Assembly (NCBI GenBank): GCA_963699945.1
Contig: CAVOVW010000011.1
Location: forward strand, 177,642 to 209,641
DNA: 32,000 nt
Source: Terriglobia bacterium
GTDB taxonomy: Bacteria > Acidobacteriota > Terriglobia > Bryobacterales > Bryobacteraceae
Direction of reading: 5' to 3'
Below the pieces are notes generated by a model, which saw only the letters and a list, made by a program, of their open reading frames with translations, searched no databases and was not told the DNA's origin. The position numbers were made by a program, and so were the translations under genes. Positions 1 through 9,650 of the stretch are shown here, in pieces (positions within the stretch are counted from its first letter, which is position 1; every line of letters starts with the position of its first letter).

Positions 1-966
1 GCCGTAGGACTCGCGTGCGTTCTAGCGGGTTCGCTCGCAGCGCGAACGCCAGCGGCACGCTTGCGTTATCGCTGGCTGACAGTTCTGGCGCTGGCCATAA
101 TTATTCTTCCTGGTATTCTCGGCAGGCCACTTCCGATGACGCCGCAGCTGCTTGTGTCCCACTTTGCGCAATTCGGCATGCTTTTGGTTGACCAGCTAAC
201 ATTGCCCGCCGCGTTGCTGGCGCTGTTCGGTGCGATCGTGGTGTGGCGCGCTCGCAAGGAAGCGCCCGGGTGGACCGCAATTCTTTGTTTGCTGATCGCG
301 CTATGGATGTTCCATGGTCTTATTGCGATACCCATGGAGAGTCGCTATCTTGCCGGATCTATTCCGGCAGCAGTCGTTCTGATGGCGGTGGGCGCAAGCC
401 GTCTGCTTCGGCAGCGATCCAAGGCCATCACCGCCTGCTTGGCGGTCGGCGGTTGTCTTGTGATTGGATGGAATGCGACGAAGTTCAGCGCTAAACCGGA
501 CCTTGGCTATCACACGCTGGTCAACGGTAGTTCAAATATTGCTCGAGCCAATCGTATTTCATTGATTGCGGGCGATCCCTTGCACGAAGGCGCGTATATC
601 GCGGAGATGGATTTGGCCGACCCGCTGCTGCACCACGTAGTTCTGCGAGGGAGTAAAGTGTTGGCCTCAAGCACCTGGGCCGGCAACCAATACCGGGTGC
701 GATTTAATAATGCCGCTCAGGTCGCCGCCTATCTCGATCAATCCGCCGTGACTTTGGTAATCCTGCAAACCACCGGGCCGCCGCACATTGCGCAACTGTT
801 GCAGGCAGTCAGCGGAAACTCTTCCGCCTGGCGAGAGTCAGAAACCGAAACCGCGCTTCACCACGCACGTGTTTTCGAAAGAATAGGACCTTTGCCCAAC
901 GCACGGTCGCCTATCACGATCGATATGCGCGATTCTCTGGGCGAAGAACTCCGGCTCGAAGATTGA
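1..966 (+). CDS. Polytopic membrane protein, C-terminal part (5' end upstream of window); possibly GT-C/ArnT-like, function not established
   Basis: Frame 1 is open from base 1 (no stop before the listed TTG at 61), so the ORF is cut by the window edge. Several hydrophobic helices (LTVLALAIIILPG, AALLALFGAIVVW, AILCLLIALWMFHGLIAI, ACLAVGGCLVIGW) precede a soluble tail. Stop TGA at 964-966. Confidence 0.55.
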   Translation, partial: AVGLACVLAGSLAARTPAARLRYRWLTVLALAIIILPGILGRPLPMTPQLLVSHFAQFGMLLVDQLTLPAALLALFGAIVVWRARKEAPGWTAILCLLIALWMFHGLIAIPMESRYLAGSIPAAVVLMAVGASRLLRQRSKAITACLAVGGCLVIGWNATKFSAKPDLGYHTLVNGSSNIARANRISLIAGDPLHEGAYIAEMDLADPLLHHVVLRGSKVLASSTWAGNQYRVRFNNAAQVAAYLDQSAVTLVILQTTGPPHIAQLLQAVSGNSSAWRESETETALHHARVFERIGPLPNARSPITIDMRDSLGEELRLED

Positions 967-979
967 CTCGCTCTTGAAC

Positions 980-3900
980 CTAAAATTCGTAACGCAGCAC
1001 CAATTGCAACTGCCGCGAAGTCGTGGTTGTGGTTGTGATTTGTCCCGCCGAACCGATACGCGACCCGCTTGAAGTGAACAGGGCAAGCGATGAAGGATTC
1101 TGAAAATTGGGACGATTCGTAATATTGAAACCTTCCAGGCGCAGTACCAACATCTGCTTATGTTCCTGGATGAGCCTCTTCTGAATCGCGGCGTCCATCG
1201 TAAACAGACCCGGTCCGATCAGCACGTTGCGTCCTAGATTTCCATATGTTCCTGCGGCCGGAAGCGAAAAGGCGAGTGGATTGAAATATTGCGACGGCGA
1301 TCCTTGAATAAGCGCGGCGCCTGGTGTCAGCACGAGATTCGGGCGTTGGCCCAGGTCGTCCAAGCCGCCTAGCCCCGCGCGATCGAAACCAACGTCGGGA
1401 CTGAAGGGACGTCCCGATTGCGCCTGAGTCAGGATACTCACCTCCCAATTCCCGCGCACACGGCTCCAGCCGGTCGCATCGTGCCAGGGCAACGCGTAAG
1501 TTGCGTTCACGGCAAATGCGTGGGTGATGTTGTAGTCCGCCAAGCCGCGGTTGGCGCGATAGTTGAACGGGTTTGGAACCTTGTCGGAATTTAAAAAGTC
1601 CTGAAAGAGTACGTCGGATGTTTCGTCGATCGTCTTGCCGAACGTGTAGTGAGACTCCACACTCAGGCCGTTGGACCAACGGTGGCGAAGACCGAGCGCC
1701 AATGCGTTATAAAACAAATTAAACTGCGTCCGTAGCATTCCAATCTGTCCGAAAGCGGGGTTGATGTCGGGCGAACCGGGGATATATCCGATTTGTCCGC
1801 CCGCGAGGGCCACCGGTTTGGGCGGGTTGATATCGCCGACGTGTCCGGCCAGATGGACTCCCCGATTTCCGGCAAACTCTGCATCCATCGCGGTATTCTG
1901 TCCCAATTGATGTTCCACCTTCAATTGGTACTGGATGGTGTAAGGCTGTTGCACGTTGTAGTCGACCATGTCCAGCGTGGGCGGTGTTTTCAGATTTCCA
2001 ACCACCGCGGCGAGCCCCGGGAAAGGCGGTGCGAAAGTAGTTACGCTTTGATACTGGCTGGGAGACATCCCCCGGTTTCCTACATATATAGTGGGGCCAA
2101 GTGTGTCATAAAATATTCCGAATCCTGCGCGAATTACCGTATTGGCGGAGCCGCCAGGATTCCACGCCAGCCCGAGCCTGGGGGCGAAGTTCAGTCGCGA
2201 TGGATTAGCGTACAGCGGGCCGCCAATTCCCCGAATCGTGTTCGCGGCATTGAACGCCATTGTGGCGAGCCCGCCATTCCGTTCGCTCGGAGCGGAGTAA
2301 GGCTCGTACCGTACGCCGACGCTCAGCGTTAGTGACCGGCTCAAGCGATTCTCATACTGAACGAACCCGTAGCCCAGTTGTTGCGTGAATGTTCGCGCGG
2401 AAAGCGAACCAGGAATCGTCAAATTGGCCGCCAACGCCTGCCCGGATAGAAAGGAAGCCAGCGAACCAAAAACATACAAGCCTCGCGTGTTCACGTCGAG
2501 AGCAGGATTTGTTTGCGTCGCCGTGTATCCGGCTCCCGCTTCGAGCGATTGGCTTCCGTGCGTATACGATATGCCGTAGTGAAATTGGGCGTCGGTAGTC
2601 GCAAGCAGCAAGTCGGAAATGACAGCGCGGTTGTTGCCGAAGTCCGCCAGGCCCGTAATCTGAAGAACTCCGAAGGCCTGCCCTGGAAGAAAGGAGAGCG
2701 AAGAAGGAACGCGGGGATCGACGTTCGGCACCGCCGAATTCCAATTCCGACTCACGCCCACGCGAAAATCCTGAATTAAAGAAGGCGATTCGAGGAAATG
2801 TGTGTCCACGCTTGCATATGCATAATGCGTTTCGTTGTGGAAGCGATAAAACTGATACGTATCCTGCGTGTCGGACACGGCATGGTCGAAAGATCCACGC
2901 GCCGCCGCTCGCCAGCGCGGACTGAATAACGCATCGACCCGCATTGATAGGAAGTTCTCACTGGCGCTGGTTGGAATTTCAGTCGTGTATTGGCCCGTGC
3001 CGTCGCCATTGTCCGGACCGTTTGGCAGAGGAAACAGTGCCAGATATGGCTGCGCGACCAGCGATACCGGCACCTGAAGAGTCGTGCCATTGGCCTGCGG
3101 AATCAGACCATTCCGCGCGTTCGCATTCGGCGTGTTCGCGGTATTCGTAAGCGCCTGAGTCTGCCGGATGGATTCCGGATTGACGAAGAAGAACAATTTA
3201 TTCTTGATTGCCGGGCCGCTCAACATCCCGCCGAATTGATTGCGATGAAAAGGAGGTTTTTCATAGGCAGGCACGTCGAAAAAGTTTCGCGCGTCCAGAG
3301 CATCATTCCGAAAATATTCGAAGGCGCTGCCGTGCCAATCGTTCCCGCCCGATCTTGAAATCGCCGAAATGACTGCGGCCGCTGCCCGGCCATATTCCGC
3401 GCTGAACGGGCTCGTGATCACCGAGAGCTCCTGAATGCTCTCAATTCCAAGCAACCTTCCGGCCGCGCTAATGGGCGGCAGTCCCGTCGCGTCATTCACC
3501 TGGATTCCATCAATGCGGAAACCATTCTGATTCGGGCGCCCCCCGTTGAATGACAACGCAGCGCCGAAGCCGCCCACAAAACCGACCCGATTCAAATTCG
3601 TGACCGTGGACGCCTGCTGGCTGCCTGCCAATTCGAACAGGTCACGTCCGTTCAGTGGAAGCTGCGCGAGGCTCTCGCGCTCGGTTCCTCCGCCCCACTG
3701 CGCGGCACTGGCGCTTAGCATCGGAAGCTGGGCCACTACGTCCGCATGCTCTGCGGCAGGCTGCACCTCCAGGTGGAATTCCCCGAGTGCGGCATCCCCG
3801 GCCGAGAGCGTTACGTTCGTCTTGATCTGCGTTTGAAAGCCCGGTGCGGACGCCTGTAGCCGGTATGGTCCCGGCGGCAAATCTACAAATGTGTAGCGGC

Positions 3901-4087
3901 CATGCGGATCCGTTTGAGCAAAGTGCTCAGCCATCGTGTTCACTTCGACCGCATCCACTTGTGCGTCACTAATCGCCGCGCCAGACGGGTCCAGGACGAT
4001 TCCCTCCAGGAGCGCGGCCGTTTGCGCGTGCAGGCACGAGATGAAACAGAGAAATAGAAAAGATAGAGAGAGTTTTGATGTTTTCAA
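980..4087 (-). CDS. TonB-dependent outer-membrane receptor with N-terminal carboxypeptidase-regulatory-like domain
   Basis: 1035 aa. Signal peptide MKTSKLSLSFLFLCFISCLHAQ. CarboxypepD_reg-like segment GIVLDPSGAAISDAQV...TDPHGRYTFVDLPPGPYRLQASAPGFQ. Long Gly/Asn/Tyr-rich beta-barrel body ending ...LQLVLRYEF (terminal aromatic residue typical of OMPs). TTG start overlaps the upstream stop (GTTTGAAA). Confidence 0.9.
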   Translation of the reverse strand: MKTSKLSLSFLFLCFISCLHAQTAALLEGIVLDPSGAAISDAQVDAVEVNTMAEHFAQTDPHGRYTFVDLPPGPYRLQASAPGFQTQIKTNVTLSAGDAALGEFHLEVQPAAEHADVVAQLPMLSASAAQWGGGTERESLAQLPLNGRDLFELAGSQQASTVTNLNRVGFVGGFGAALSFNGGRPNQNGFRIDGIQVNDATGLPPISAAGRLLGIESIQELSVITSPFSAEYGRAAAAVISAISRSGGNDWHGSAFEYFRNDALDARNFFDVPAYEKPPFHRNQFGGMLSGPAIKNKLFFFVNPESIRQTQALTNTANTPNANARNGLIPQANGTTLQVPVSLVAQPYLALFPLPNGPDNGDGTGQYTTEIPTSASENFLSMRVDALFSPRWRAAARGSFDHAVSDTQDTYQFYRFHNETHYAYASVDTHFLESPSLIQDFRVGVSRNWNSAVPNVDPRVPSSLSFLPGQAFGVLQITGLADFGNNRAVISDLLLATTDAQFHYGISYTHGSQSLEAGAGYTATQTNPALDVNTRGLYVFGSLASFLSGQALAANLTIPGSLSARTFTQQLGYGFVQYENRLSRSLTLSVGVRYEPYSAPSERNGGLATMAFNAANTIRGIGGPLYANPSRLNFAPRLGLAWNPGGSANTVIRAGFGIFYDTLGPTIYVGNRGMSPSQYQSVTTFAPPFPGLAAVVGNLKTPPTLDMVDYNVQQPYTIQYQLKVEHQLGQNTAMDAEFAGNRGVHLAGHVGDINPPKPVALAGGQIGYIPGSPDINPAFGQIGMLRTQFNLFYNALALGLRHRWSNGLSVESHYTFGKTIDETSDVLFQDFLNSDKVPNPFNYRANRGLADYNITHAFAVNATYALPWHDATGWSRVRGNWEVSILTQAQSGRPFSPDVGFDRAGLGGLDDLGQRPNLVLTPGAALIQGSPSQYFNPLAFSLPAAGTYGNLGRNVLIGPGLFTMDAAIQKRLIQEHKQMLVLRLEGFNITNRPNFQNPSSLALFTSSGSRIGSAGQITTTTTTSRQLQLVLRYEF

Positions 4088-5847
4088 ACTTGTTTGGCCT
4101 CGGGCGCGGCCGCTCGCGTCAATTTCATAAAAATCGACATTACTTCCGGAATCAGTTTCACGGCGTCGGACGGCCGCCCTTCCAGTTCATTTTGATAGGC
4201 GGACTGAAGTTGCTCCAGAATGGGGAGATCGAGACCCGAAGCCTGAAAGCCCCGCTGGATTGCGGCCGGAGTGACAGGGATGCGCACGGTGCCGCCGGTG
4301 GAGCTTCGCTGGATGATAAGCAATTGCAAAGTGCGCCAGATGGCACGAATCATAAAAAGTGAGTCAGCCCGGACCCCCGGGACGGTCTTCCCGATCGCCG
4401 ATTGCCTAAGCTTGAGTTCGTCGCCGACGCTCGCGGCCGCGAACCGGGTCCAGCGATACTGAGCCCCTACGCGCGGCGTACCGTCGATGACGAATTCGGG
4501 TTTCGTCAGCAAAATGAATAAGTCTGGATTCGCCTGTGGCGTCTGCAGGATGTGCCAGAATTCCAGAGGATTTTGATGCAAGAGCAGGAATGCCGTATCG
4601 CCCAACACCGTGTCGCCTAAAACCGTGTCGCCCAACAAAAGATAGATCGCGACGCGCTGCCGCAGCGTCTCCGGTGCTTTCAATTGCAGTAAGGCTCTCA
4701 CCTGCTCCGCCGTCGGTGGGCGCTCCGGATCGCATTCCAGAACCAGCTGCAGGTCATCCAATCCGACGAAAGAGCAGCGCGGAAGGAGGGCGGCTCTTTG
4801 ATATCCGGTCCATCTGTTTTTGGCGTGTGCAACCAGACCTTGCGCGTATTCCACCGCTGCCGGCGTCCGATAAACTTCATCCGCCGAGCCATCGATTTCG
4901 ATCGGCAATCCGTCCTTCTCTTGGAAGGGAGCTTCTTTTGCCAGGATCGTCGTAAGCGTAAGGATGCGCCGCAACAGAAATGGAAATGCATCATTGAGCA
5001 CGTCGCCTTCGTATCGCAGATACCGTCTCGCGCGGCACCGGATCAAGCGCTCCAATATAGCTCCATCCTCGGATTGGGCGCGCTGCAGGCTCTGCTGCAT
5101 CACCTCGCTACGGGAAAGCTCGGATCCGTCGCCGTTAAGAGCGTCTTCCAGGGTGAGGACCTCCGCCGCCGCTTTGCACGCGATGCTGTTGCGGAAAATG
5201 GAGTCTGAGGCTGTCGGGCCCTTGCCAAACGCGCTCGCGGTAAACATCATCCACCAGGGCTTCAGCTCCATGAAGTACGCCCCGCGCGCGCGTTCCGTCG
5301 CGATGGGGGGCAAAGGCGCCAGCAGGTCTTCACCGTAAATCAGCGGGTAATGCCGACGAGCCTGATCCAGCCGGTACTGAAAGTAGTAATCCATATCGCC
5401 CGACGCGTTGAGTGCTTCGATCGAATGCACCTGATGAGCACTGGCGCGGTCATAGAGCGGTGACACGCGGGAAAGCCTTTGAATTGCCGAAACCGCTACT
5501 GCCTGTTGCTCGGCAGTCCAGTCTCCGATGACAAGTAGATCGATATCGCTGACCCCTGGTATAAAGTCGTCAGAAGCGGAATTTCTCTTTAAGTAGATCG
5601 CCCGTAAATTGGGAATCGCGCGGAGTGTCCGCACGGCATAACTTACATGCAGGCGATAGATTCCGGCGTAAAAACTTCGGATCGGCGGGAACGACGTGGC
5701 GACCACAATTCGCCGCAGCAGCAGCTTCGCTCGGCCGGCCCCGCGCATCATCCCCGATAAGAGAGGTTTTGATACCACCGGAAGTTTTGATACGAGAGGT
5801 CTTGCGGACTGCGCCGCGCCGCCCTGGGCAAGATCGGCTTTACCCAT
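4084..5847 (-). CDS. Hypothetical protein with Pol-beta-type nucleotidyltransferase signature
   Basis: Long uninterrupted ORF. Motif FIPGVSDIDLLVIGDW resembles the G-S...D-x-D nucleotidyltransferase fold. I prefer the ATG at 5847 (MGKADLAQ...), which overlaps the GT1 stop as ATGGGTAA, over the track start at 5910. Contains an LGDTV x3 repeat. Confidence 0.65.
   Translation of the reverse strand: MGKADLAQGGAAQSARPLVSKLPVVSKPLLSGMMRGAGRAKLLLRRIVVATSFPPIRSFYAGIYRLHVSYAVRTLRAIPNLRAIYLKRNSASDDFIPGVSDIDLLVIGDWTAEQQAVAVSAIQRLSRVSPLYDRASAHQVHSIEALNASGDMDYYFQYRLDQARRHYPLIYGEDLLAPLPPIATERARGAYFMELKPWWMMFTASAFGKGPTASDSIFRNSIACKAAAEVLTLEDALNGDGSELSRSEVMQQSLQRAQSEDGAILERLIRCRARRYLRYEGDVLNDAFPFLLRRILTLTTILAKEAPFQEKDGLPIEIDGSADEVYRTPAAVEYAQGLVAHAKNRWTGYQRAALLPRCSFVGLDDLQLVLECDPERPPTAEQVRALLQLKAPETLRQRVAIYLLLGDTVLGDTVLGDTAFLLLHQNPLEFWHILQTPQANPDLFILLTKPEFVIDGTPRVGAQYRWTRFAAASVGDELKLRQSAIGKTVPGVRADSLFMIRAIWRTLQLLIIQRSSTGGTVRIPVTPAAIQRGFQASGLDLPILEQLQSAYQNELEGRPSDAVKLIPEVMSIFMKLTRAAAPEAKQV
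4592..4636. repeat. Imperfect 15-bp tandem repeat x3 inside the CDS (encodes LGDTV-LGDTV-LGDTA on the minus strand)
   Basis: gccgtatcgcccaac / accgtgtcgcctaaa / accgtgtcgcccaac, read directly from 4592-4636. Confidence 0.8.
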
Positions 5848-7144
5848 GGAGTGCCTCGTGCCGAGAGGTCCGCGAGGCAGTTCGTCGCAGTGCGGTTTCG
5901 ATAGCCTCACAGGCGGTGTTTACGCCGTCTTCGGTTCGGAGCTGATCCTGAACCGACTTCGCCCTGTCCTTATATTCGGATTGAGTGAGCAAAGCTTTCA
6001 GATGCTGCGCTGCGGTCTCAGCGCAATACTTGGCTCGCGCTTCCTCTCGCGCGATCCCTAATTTGCGAGCGCGAAAAGCGTTGTCAGGTTGATCATGCAC
6101 ATGCGGAACAATCAGCATTGGTAGCCCGCTGGCCATCGCTTCGGCCGTCGTACCGATGCCTCCCTGATGGACAACGGCCGCCGCCCGCGGAAAGACCGTG
6201 TGGTAGGGCGCGTACTTGGTGACTACAATTTGCCCCGGCGGTTCGTCCGTGTCCCGGACCATCGCATTGTCGCCCGCCAGGAAAATCGCCCTGCAACCGA
6301 TTTGCCTTGCAGCCCGGTAACTGTCCTGATAGAAAGTCCCCGCTTCGCGAACGACATTCGAACCCAGAGTGAAGATGACGGGCGGAGCGCCTTTCTCAAG
6401 GAATGCATCGACCTCTGCGTTTTTGTTCGGCACGGAACTTCGATAAAACAGAAATCCCGTCACTGTGGTGTTCGGTGGCCAATCTGGCTGCGGCGCCGCC
6501 AGGATATTTGAAAATAATGCCAGCGTGCCGAACGGCGAAAACATTCCTTCAAAAAATGGATGTTTCGCGTTGGCGGGCAACCCGACGCGTTCGCGCAATT
6601 CGTCGATCGGCTTCATCCATCCGCGCGTAGCGGTCTTGAATGCACGGAAAATCAACGAATGTGGAAAGCCGTTGAATCTGGGGACCTGCGCAAGCCACGG
6701 TAACGAGGGAAGCACAGGCGGATCGCACGCCGAAAAAAGTGTCGCCGGCGCGAGCGCCACCGAGAGCCATGGAAGTTTGAGTTTTTCCGCCACTAAAGGC
6801 GCCGAAAAGGCAGCCGGATGGCTGATAAACAAATCAGCTTTTTGGCAGGCATCCAGCAAGTCGTCATAGGTTTGCTGCGCGTATCGAAGCAGATTTTTAA
6901 CGGCGAATTTGCTTCCCGTCCGCATCTCCGTTGAGCGTCGGCTCACTTCGGCATCTTCAGTGACGGTGGTTCTATCCGGGCGCACGGGTCGGAAATCCAA
7001 ACCATGCTCTTGGATAAGACATCGGTAGGTTTCACCCGCTGCGACGCAAACAGTATGTCCGCGGGCCTTCAAACTCGTCGCAAGCGCCACGTAAGGGTGA
7101 ATGCTACCCAGAGAGCCGAAAGTTGTCAGGACGATACAACTCAT
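5840..7144 (-). CDS. Family 1 glycosyltransferase (UDP-glycosyltransferase / MGT-like)
   Basis: 434 aa. N-terminus IVLTTFGSLGSIHPYVALATSLKARGHTV. C-terminal UGT donor-binding signature HQGGIGTTAEAMASGLPMLIVPHVHDQPDNA. Confidence 0.9.
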   Translation of the reverse strand: MSCIVLTTFGSLGSIHPYVALATSLKARGHTVCVAAGETYRCLIQEHGLDFRPVRPDRTTVTEDAEVSRRSTEMRTGSKFAVKNLLRYAQQTYDDLLDACQKADLFISHPAAFSAPLVAEKLKLPWLSVALAPATLFSACDPPVLPSLPWLAQVPRFNGFPHSLIFRAFKTATRGWMKPIDELRERVGLPANAKHPFFEGMFSPFGTLALFSNILAAPQPDWPPNTTVTGFLFYRSSVPNKNAEVDAFLEKGAPPVIFTLGSNVVREAGTFYQDSYRAARQIGCRAIFLAGDNAMVRDTDEPPGQIVVTKYAPYHTVFPRAAAVVHQGGIGTTAEAMASGLPMLIVPHVHDQPDNAFRARKLGIAREEARAKYCAETAAQHLKALLTQSEYKDRAKSVQDQLRTEDGVNTACEAIETALRRTASRTSRHEALHG

Positions 7145-7180
7145 CTCGAAGTGGGCTGGCTGGGATTCCCCGCCGCAGTG

Positions 7181-7585
7181 TTACATTTTAGCATCCGCTT
7201 GTTGCGGTCCGGATCGGGAAGATCGATGTAGTACGTACGGCCCATCGAGTGCCGAGCAGCAGGGAGACGGGCCAATCAGGACCAGCTTCGCAACCGCAGC
7301 CCGACGTTTGTTCGCCGCAAGCACGCCTATCATCGCGCTGACCGAATGGCCAACGAAATCACGGGGGCGGCGTCGACGAGCGTCCGTTCCTCGGTTGACA
7401 TAGTAGGCGCGTCCATACGAACTGCAACGCCATTATCCGATTGAGTTGCAAGCAATGAATACGCGCCGGTTTGTTTCCGTCCAGGGAACAACCGAATCAG
7501 AATGCACCGATGCACCACTATCGGTGGTCGCAAGTCAGACGCTTCCCGCCGCCGGTATTACAACGCCGGGATTGCGGCGCTAAAA
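7181..7585 (-). pseudogene. Truncated, frameshifted remnant of an RsbQ/KAI2/D14-like alpha/beta hydrolase (N-terminal ~130 codons only)
   Basis: Minus-strand translation gives PRDFVGHSVSAMIGVLAANKRRAAVAKLVLIGPSPCCSALDGPY, i.e. nucleophile elbow GHSxS/G plus LVLIGxSP as in B. subtilis RsbQ ([34 protein letters not shown]). The upstream part (HRCILIRLFPG..AYSL) lies in another frame and contains stops. No C-terminal half is present. Confidence 0.45.
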
Positions 7586-7594
7586 GGGCGGCCA

Positions 7595-9256
7595 CTACTT
7601 CACTCCGCTCGAAATTCTGGCCGCCAGGAATTCGTCGCCGGCATTCCACGTGGGCAGCGATGACAAATTCGCTGCGTCCATCCCGATGAGGAACCCGAGC
7701 CGCGCGTAGATTTCGAGGCCCGAGAAATCCCAATCGTCGTGATATTCGTCCGAAGGCTGGTGATAGTGCTGCGTGTTGAACTCCTCAAACAGCTTGGCGC
7801 CCGTGCCGGCAGGGCGACCCGCGAGATCGTCGCCTCGATCGATCGAGAAAGCGGGAATGCCGACCCGCGCGAACATGAAATGATCGGAGCGATAGTACGT
7901 ACCGGCGAAGGGGCGCGGGTCCGGCGAGATCGCGAGGCTTAGACGCTTCGCGGCTTCCTGCACCAAAGGATAGGCCGTGGTGCGTTCGGCTCCGTAGGCG
8001 CCGACGTCGTTGTATCGGCCCAATGGTAAAAACGCATCGTAGTTGATCGCGACCGCCGTTTTACCTGCGGGAATCACGGGGTGGTGCGCGTAATATTCGG
8101 AGCCCAGTAAGCCGGCTTCTTCGGCGGACACAGAAATGAAAAGCGCCGAGCGGCGCGGCTTTTCCGGCAGATTCGCCCATGCTCGCGCGAGCTCCAATAA
8201 GATGCCGCAGCCGGTGCCGTTATCCACGGCGCCGTTATAAATGCGGTCGCCGTTCTTCGGCTCGCCGATGCCCAGGTGATCCCAGTGCGCGCTGAAGATC
8301 ACGGCCTCCTCTTTCAGCTTCGGATCGCTGCCTTCCACTTTCGCGATCACGTTGTGCGTGGCGATCTCACGAACCTTCGACGTCGCGCGCAAGCGAAACC
8401 GCAAGGGCATAGGCATGGCCTGGAAGCCGCGCGTATCGGACAGTTTCAGCAGCTCGTCGGTCTTCTTACCGAGTGATGCGGCGATTTTTTCGCCCGCATC
8501 TTGTGTCACCCAGCCGGCGAAGGCCAAAGCGGGAGTGCCGGGCGCGACCTTCACTGCGACATCCTCCTTCGACCACGACGAACGCACGACGTTCCAGCCA
8601 TAGCTGGCGGTGGGCGTGGTGTGAATGATGATGGCGCCGACGGCTCCGCGACGGGTAGCTTCTTCGTATTTATATGTCCAGCGTCCGTAATAGGTGAGGG
8701 CAGGGCCGTTGAAGAACTTCGGATCGTTCGAAGGAGGCTCGCCCGTGAAGAGCACGACAACTTTGCCGCGCACGTCGATGCCCGCGTAATCGTCCCAGTT
8801 ATATTCAGGAGCCGTGATGCCATGGCCGACGAAGATCGCTTCGGCGTCGAAACTGACGTCGGGCTTCTGCTGGAGCGTGACACCGACGAAATCGTCCGCC
8901 CAGCGAAAGGCGATCGAACTGCCGGGCGCCCGGCCTCCGGTGGGAGTGGCGGTCAATTGCGTGGATTGCGGCTCGGTGCCAGCCAGCGTGAAATTTTGGA
9001 AATAGGTACCGTTATCGGCAGCCGGTTTGGCACCCGCCAGCGCGAATTGCGTGGCGATATATTCGGTAGCCAGATCGCCGCCGCGTGTGCCGACGCCGCG
9101 CCCTTCCAGTAGGTCGCTGGAGAGAAAACGCACATGCGCGCGCATCCGCTCGCCGGAAAGCTCGCCGATTTGGGCCTGGAGGATTCCACTACAGACGAAT
9201 CCACCGCAGAGGAGTACGGCGAAAACAATGCGCGATGCAGCGGGAAGGCACTTCAT
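7595..9256 (-). CDS. Secreted M28-family aminopeptidase with PA domain
   Basis: 553 aa. Signal peptide. Zn-ligand regions FSAHWDHLG, YNGAVDNGTGCGILLELARA, FISVSAEEAGLLGSEYY and YHQPSDEY. Confidence 0.9.
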   Translation of the reverse strand: MKCLPAASRIVFAVLLCGGFVCSGILQAQIGELSGERMRAHVRFLSSDLLEGRGVGTRGGDLATEYIATQFALAGAKPAADNGTYFQNFTLAGTEPQSTQLTATPTGGRAPGSSIAFRWADDFVGVTLQQKPDVSFDAEAIFVGHGITAPEYNWDDYAGIDVRGKVVVLFTGEPPSNDPKFFNGPALTYYGRWTYKYEEATRRGAVGAIIIHTTPTASYGWNVVRSSWSKEDVAVKVAPGTPALAFAGWVTQDAGEKIAASLGKKTDELLKLSDTRGFQAMPMPLRFRLRATSKVREIATHNVIAKVEGSDPKLKEEAVIFSAHWDHLGIGEPKNGDRIYNGAVDNGTGCGILLELARAWANLPEKPRRSALFISVSAEEAGLLGSEYYAHHPVIPAGKTAVAINYDAFLPLGRYNDVGAYGAERTTAYPLVQEAAKRLSLAISPDPRPFAGTYYRSDHFMFARVGIPAFSIDRGDDLAGRPAGTGAKLFEEFNTQHYHQPSDEYHDDWDFSGLEIYARLGFLIGMDAANLSSLPTWNAGDEFLAARISSGVK

Positions 9257-9291
9257 TCGCCCAGTGTAGCGCGCGGCTCGGGAGGCTTCGT

Positions 9292-9513
9292 TTAGTGGGA
9301 TTTTTTCTTCGAAGCTTTGAGCTTTTTCTTTCGATTCGGCGCCGTGGTTTCGGGTTTCATCGTCGAAATCTTAGCCACTGGGCCGGCGTCCGAGCTTGCG
9401 GCCGTGCGGGCCTCCGGATGCCGGCGCCGGGCGAGTTGCTCCATCGCAATGATCGCTTCGTCGATCTGTTCCCGATACTCGCGCAATTCGGCGACAAGGT
9501 TAACTAAGTCCAT
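9292..9513 (-). CDS. Small hypothetical protein (coiled-coil N-terminus, Lys-rich tail)
   Basis: 73-aa ORF. GGAG lies 9 nt upstream of the ATG. Sits 35 nt upstream of the M28 peptidase start on the same strand. No recognisable family. Confidence 0.45.
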   Translation of the reverse strand: MDLVNLVAELREYREQIDEAIIAMEQLARRRHPEARTAASSDAGPVAKISTMKPETTAPNRKKKLKASKKKSH

Positions 9514-9650
9514 AGGTGCAAGCTCCGAGCGACTTCCTTTTACTGTAGACTAAACGCACCCCACGCTACAGCCGCGAGAGCGCGCGTGTGCCTGCGCCGA
9601 GGCTCCATCCGCAGAAAACAAGCGAGATCCTCCACGTTACACTGAGGTGA

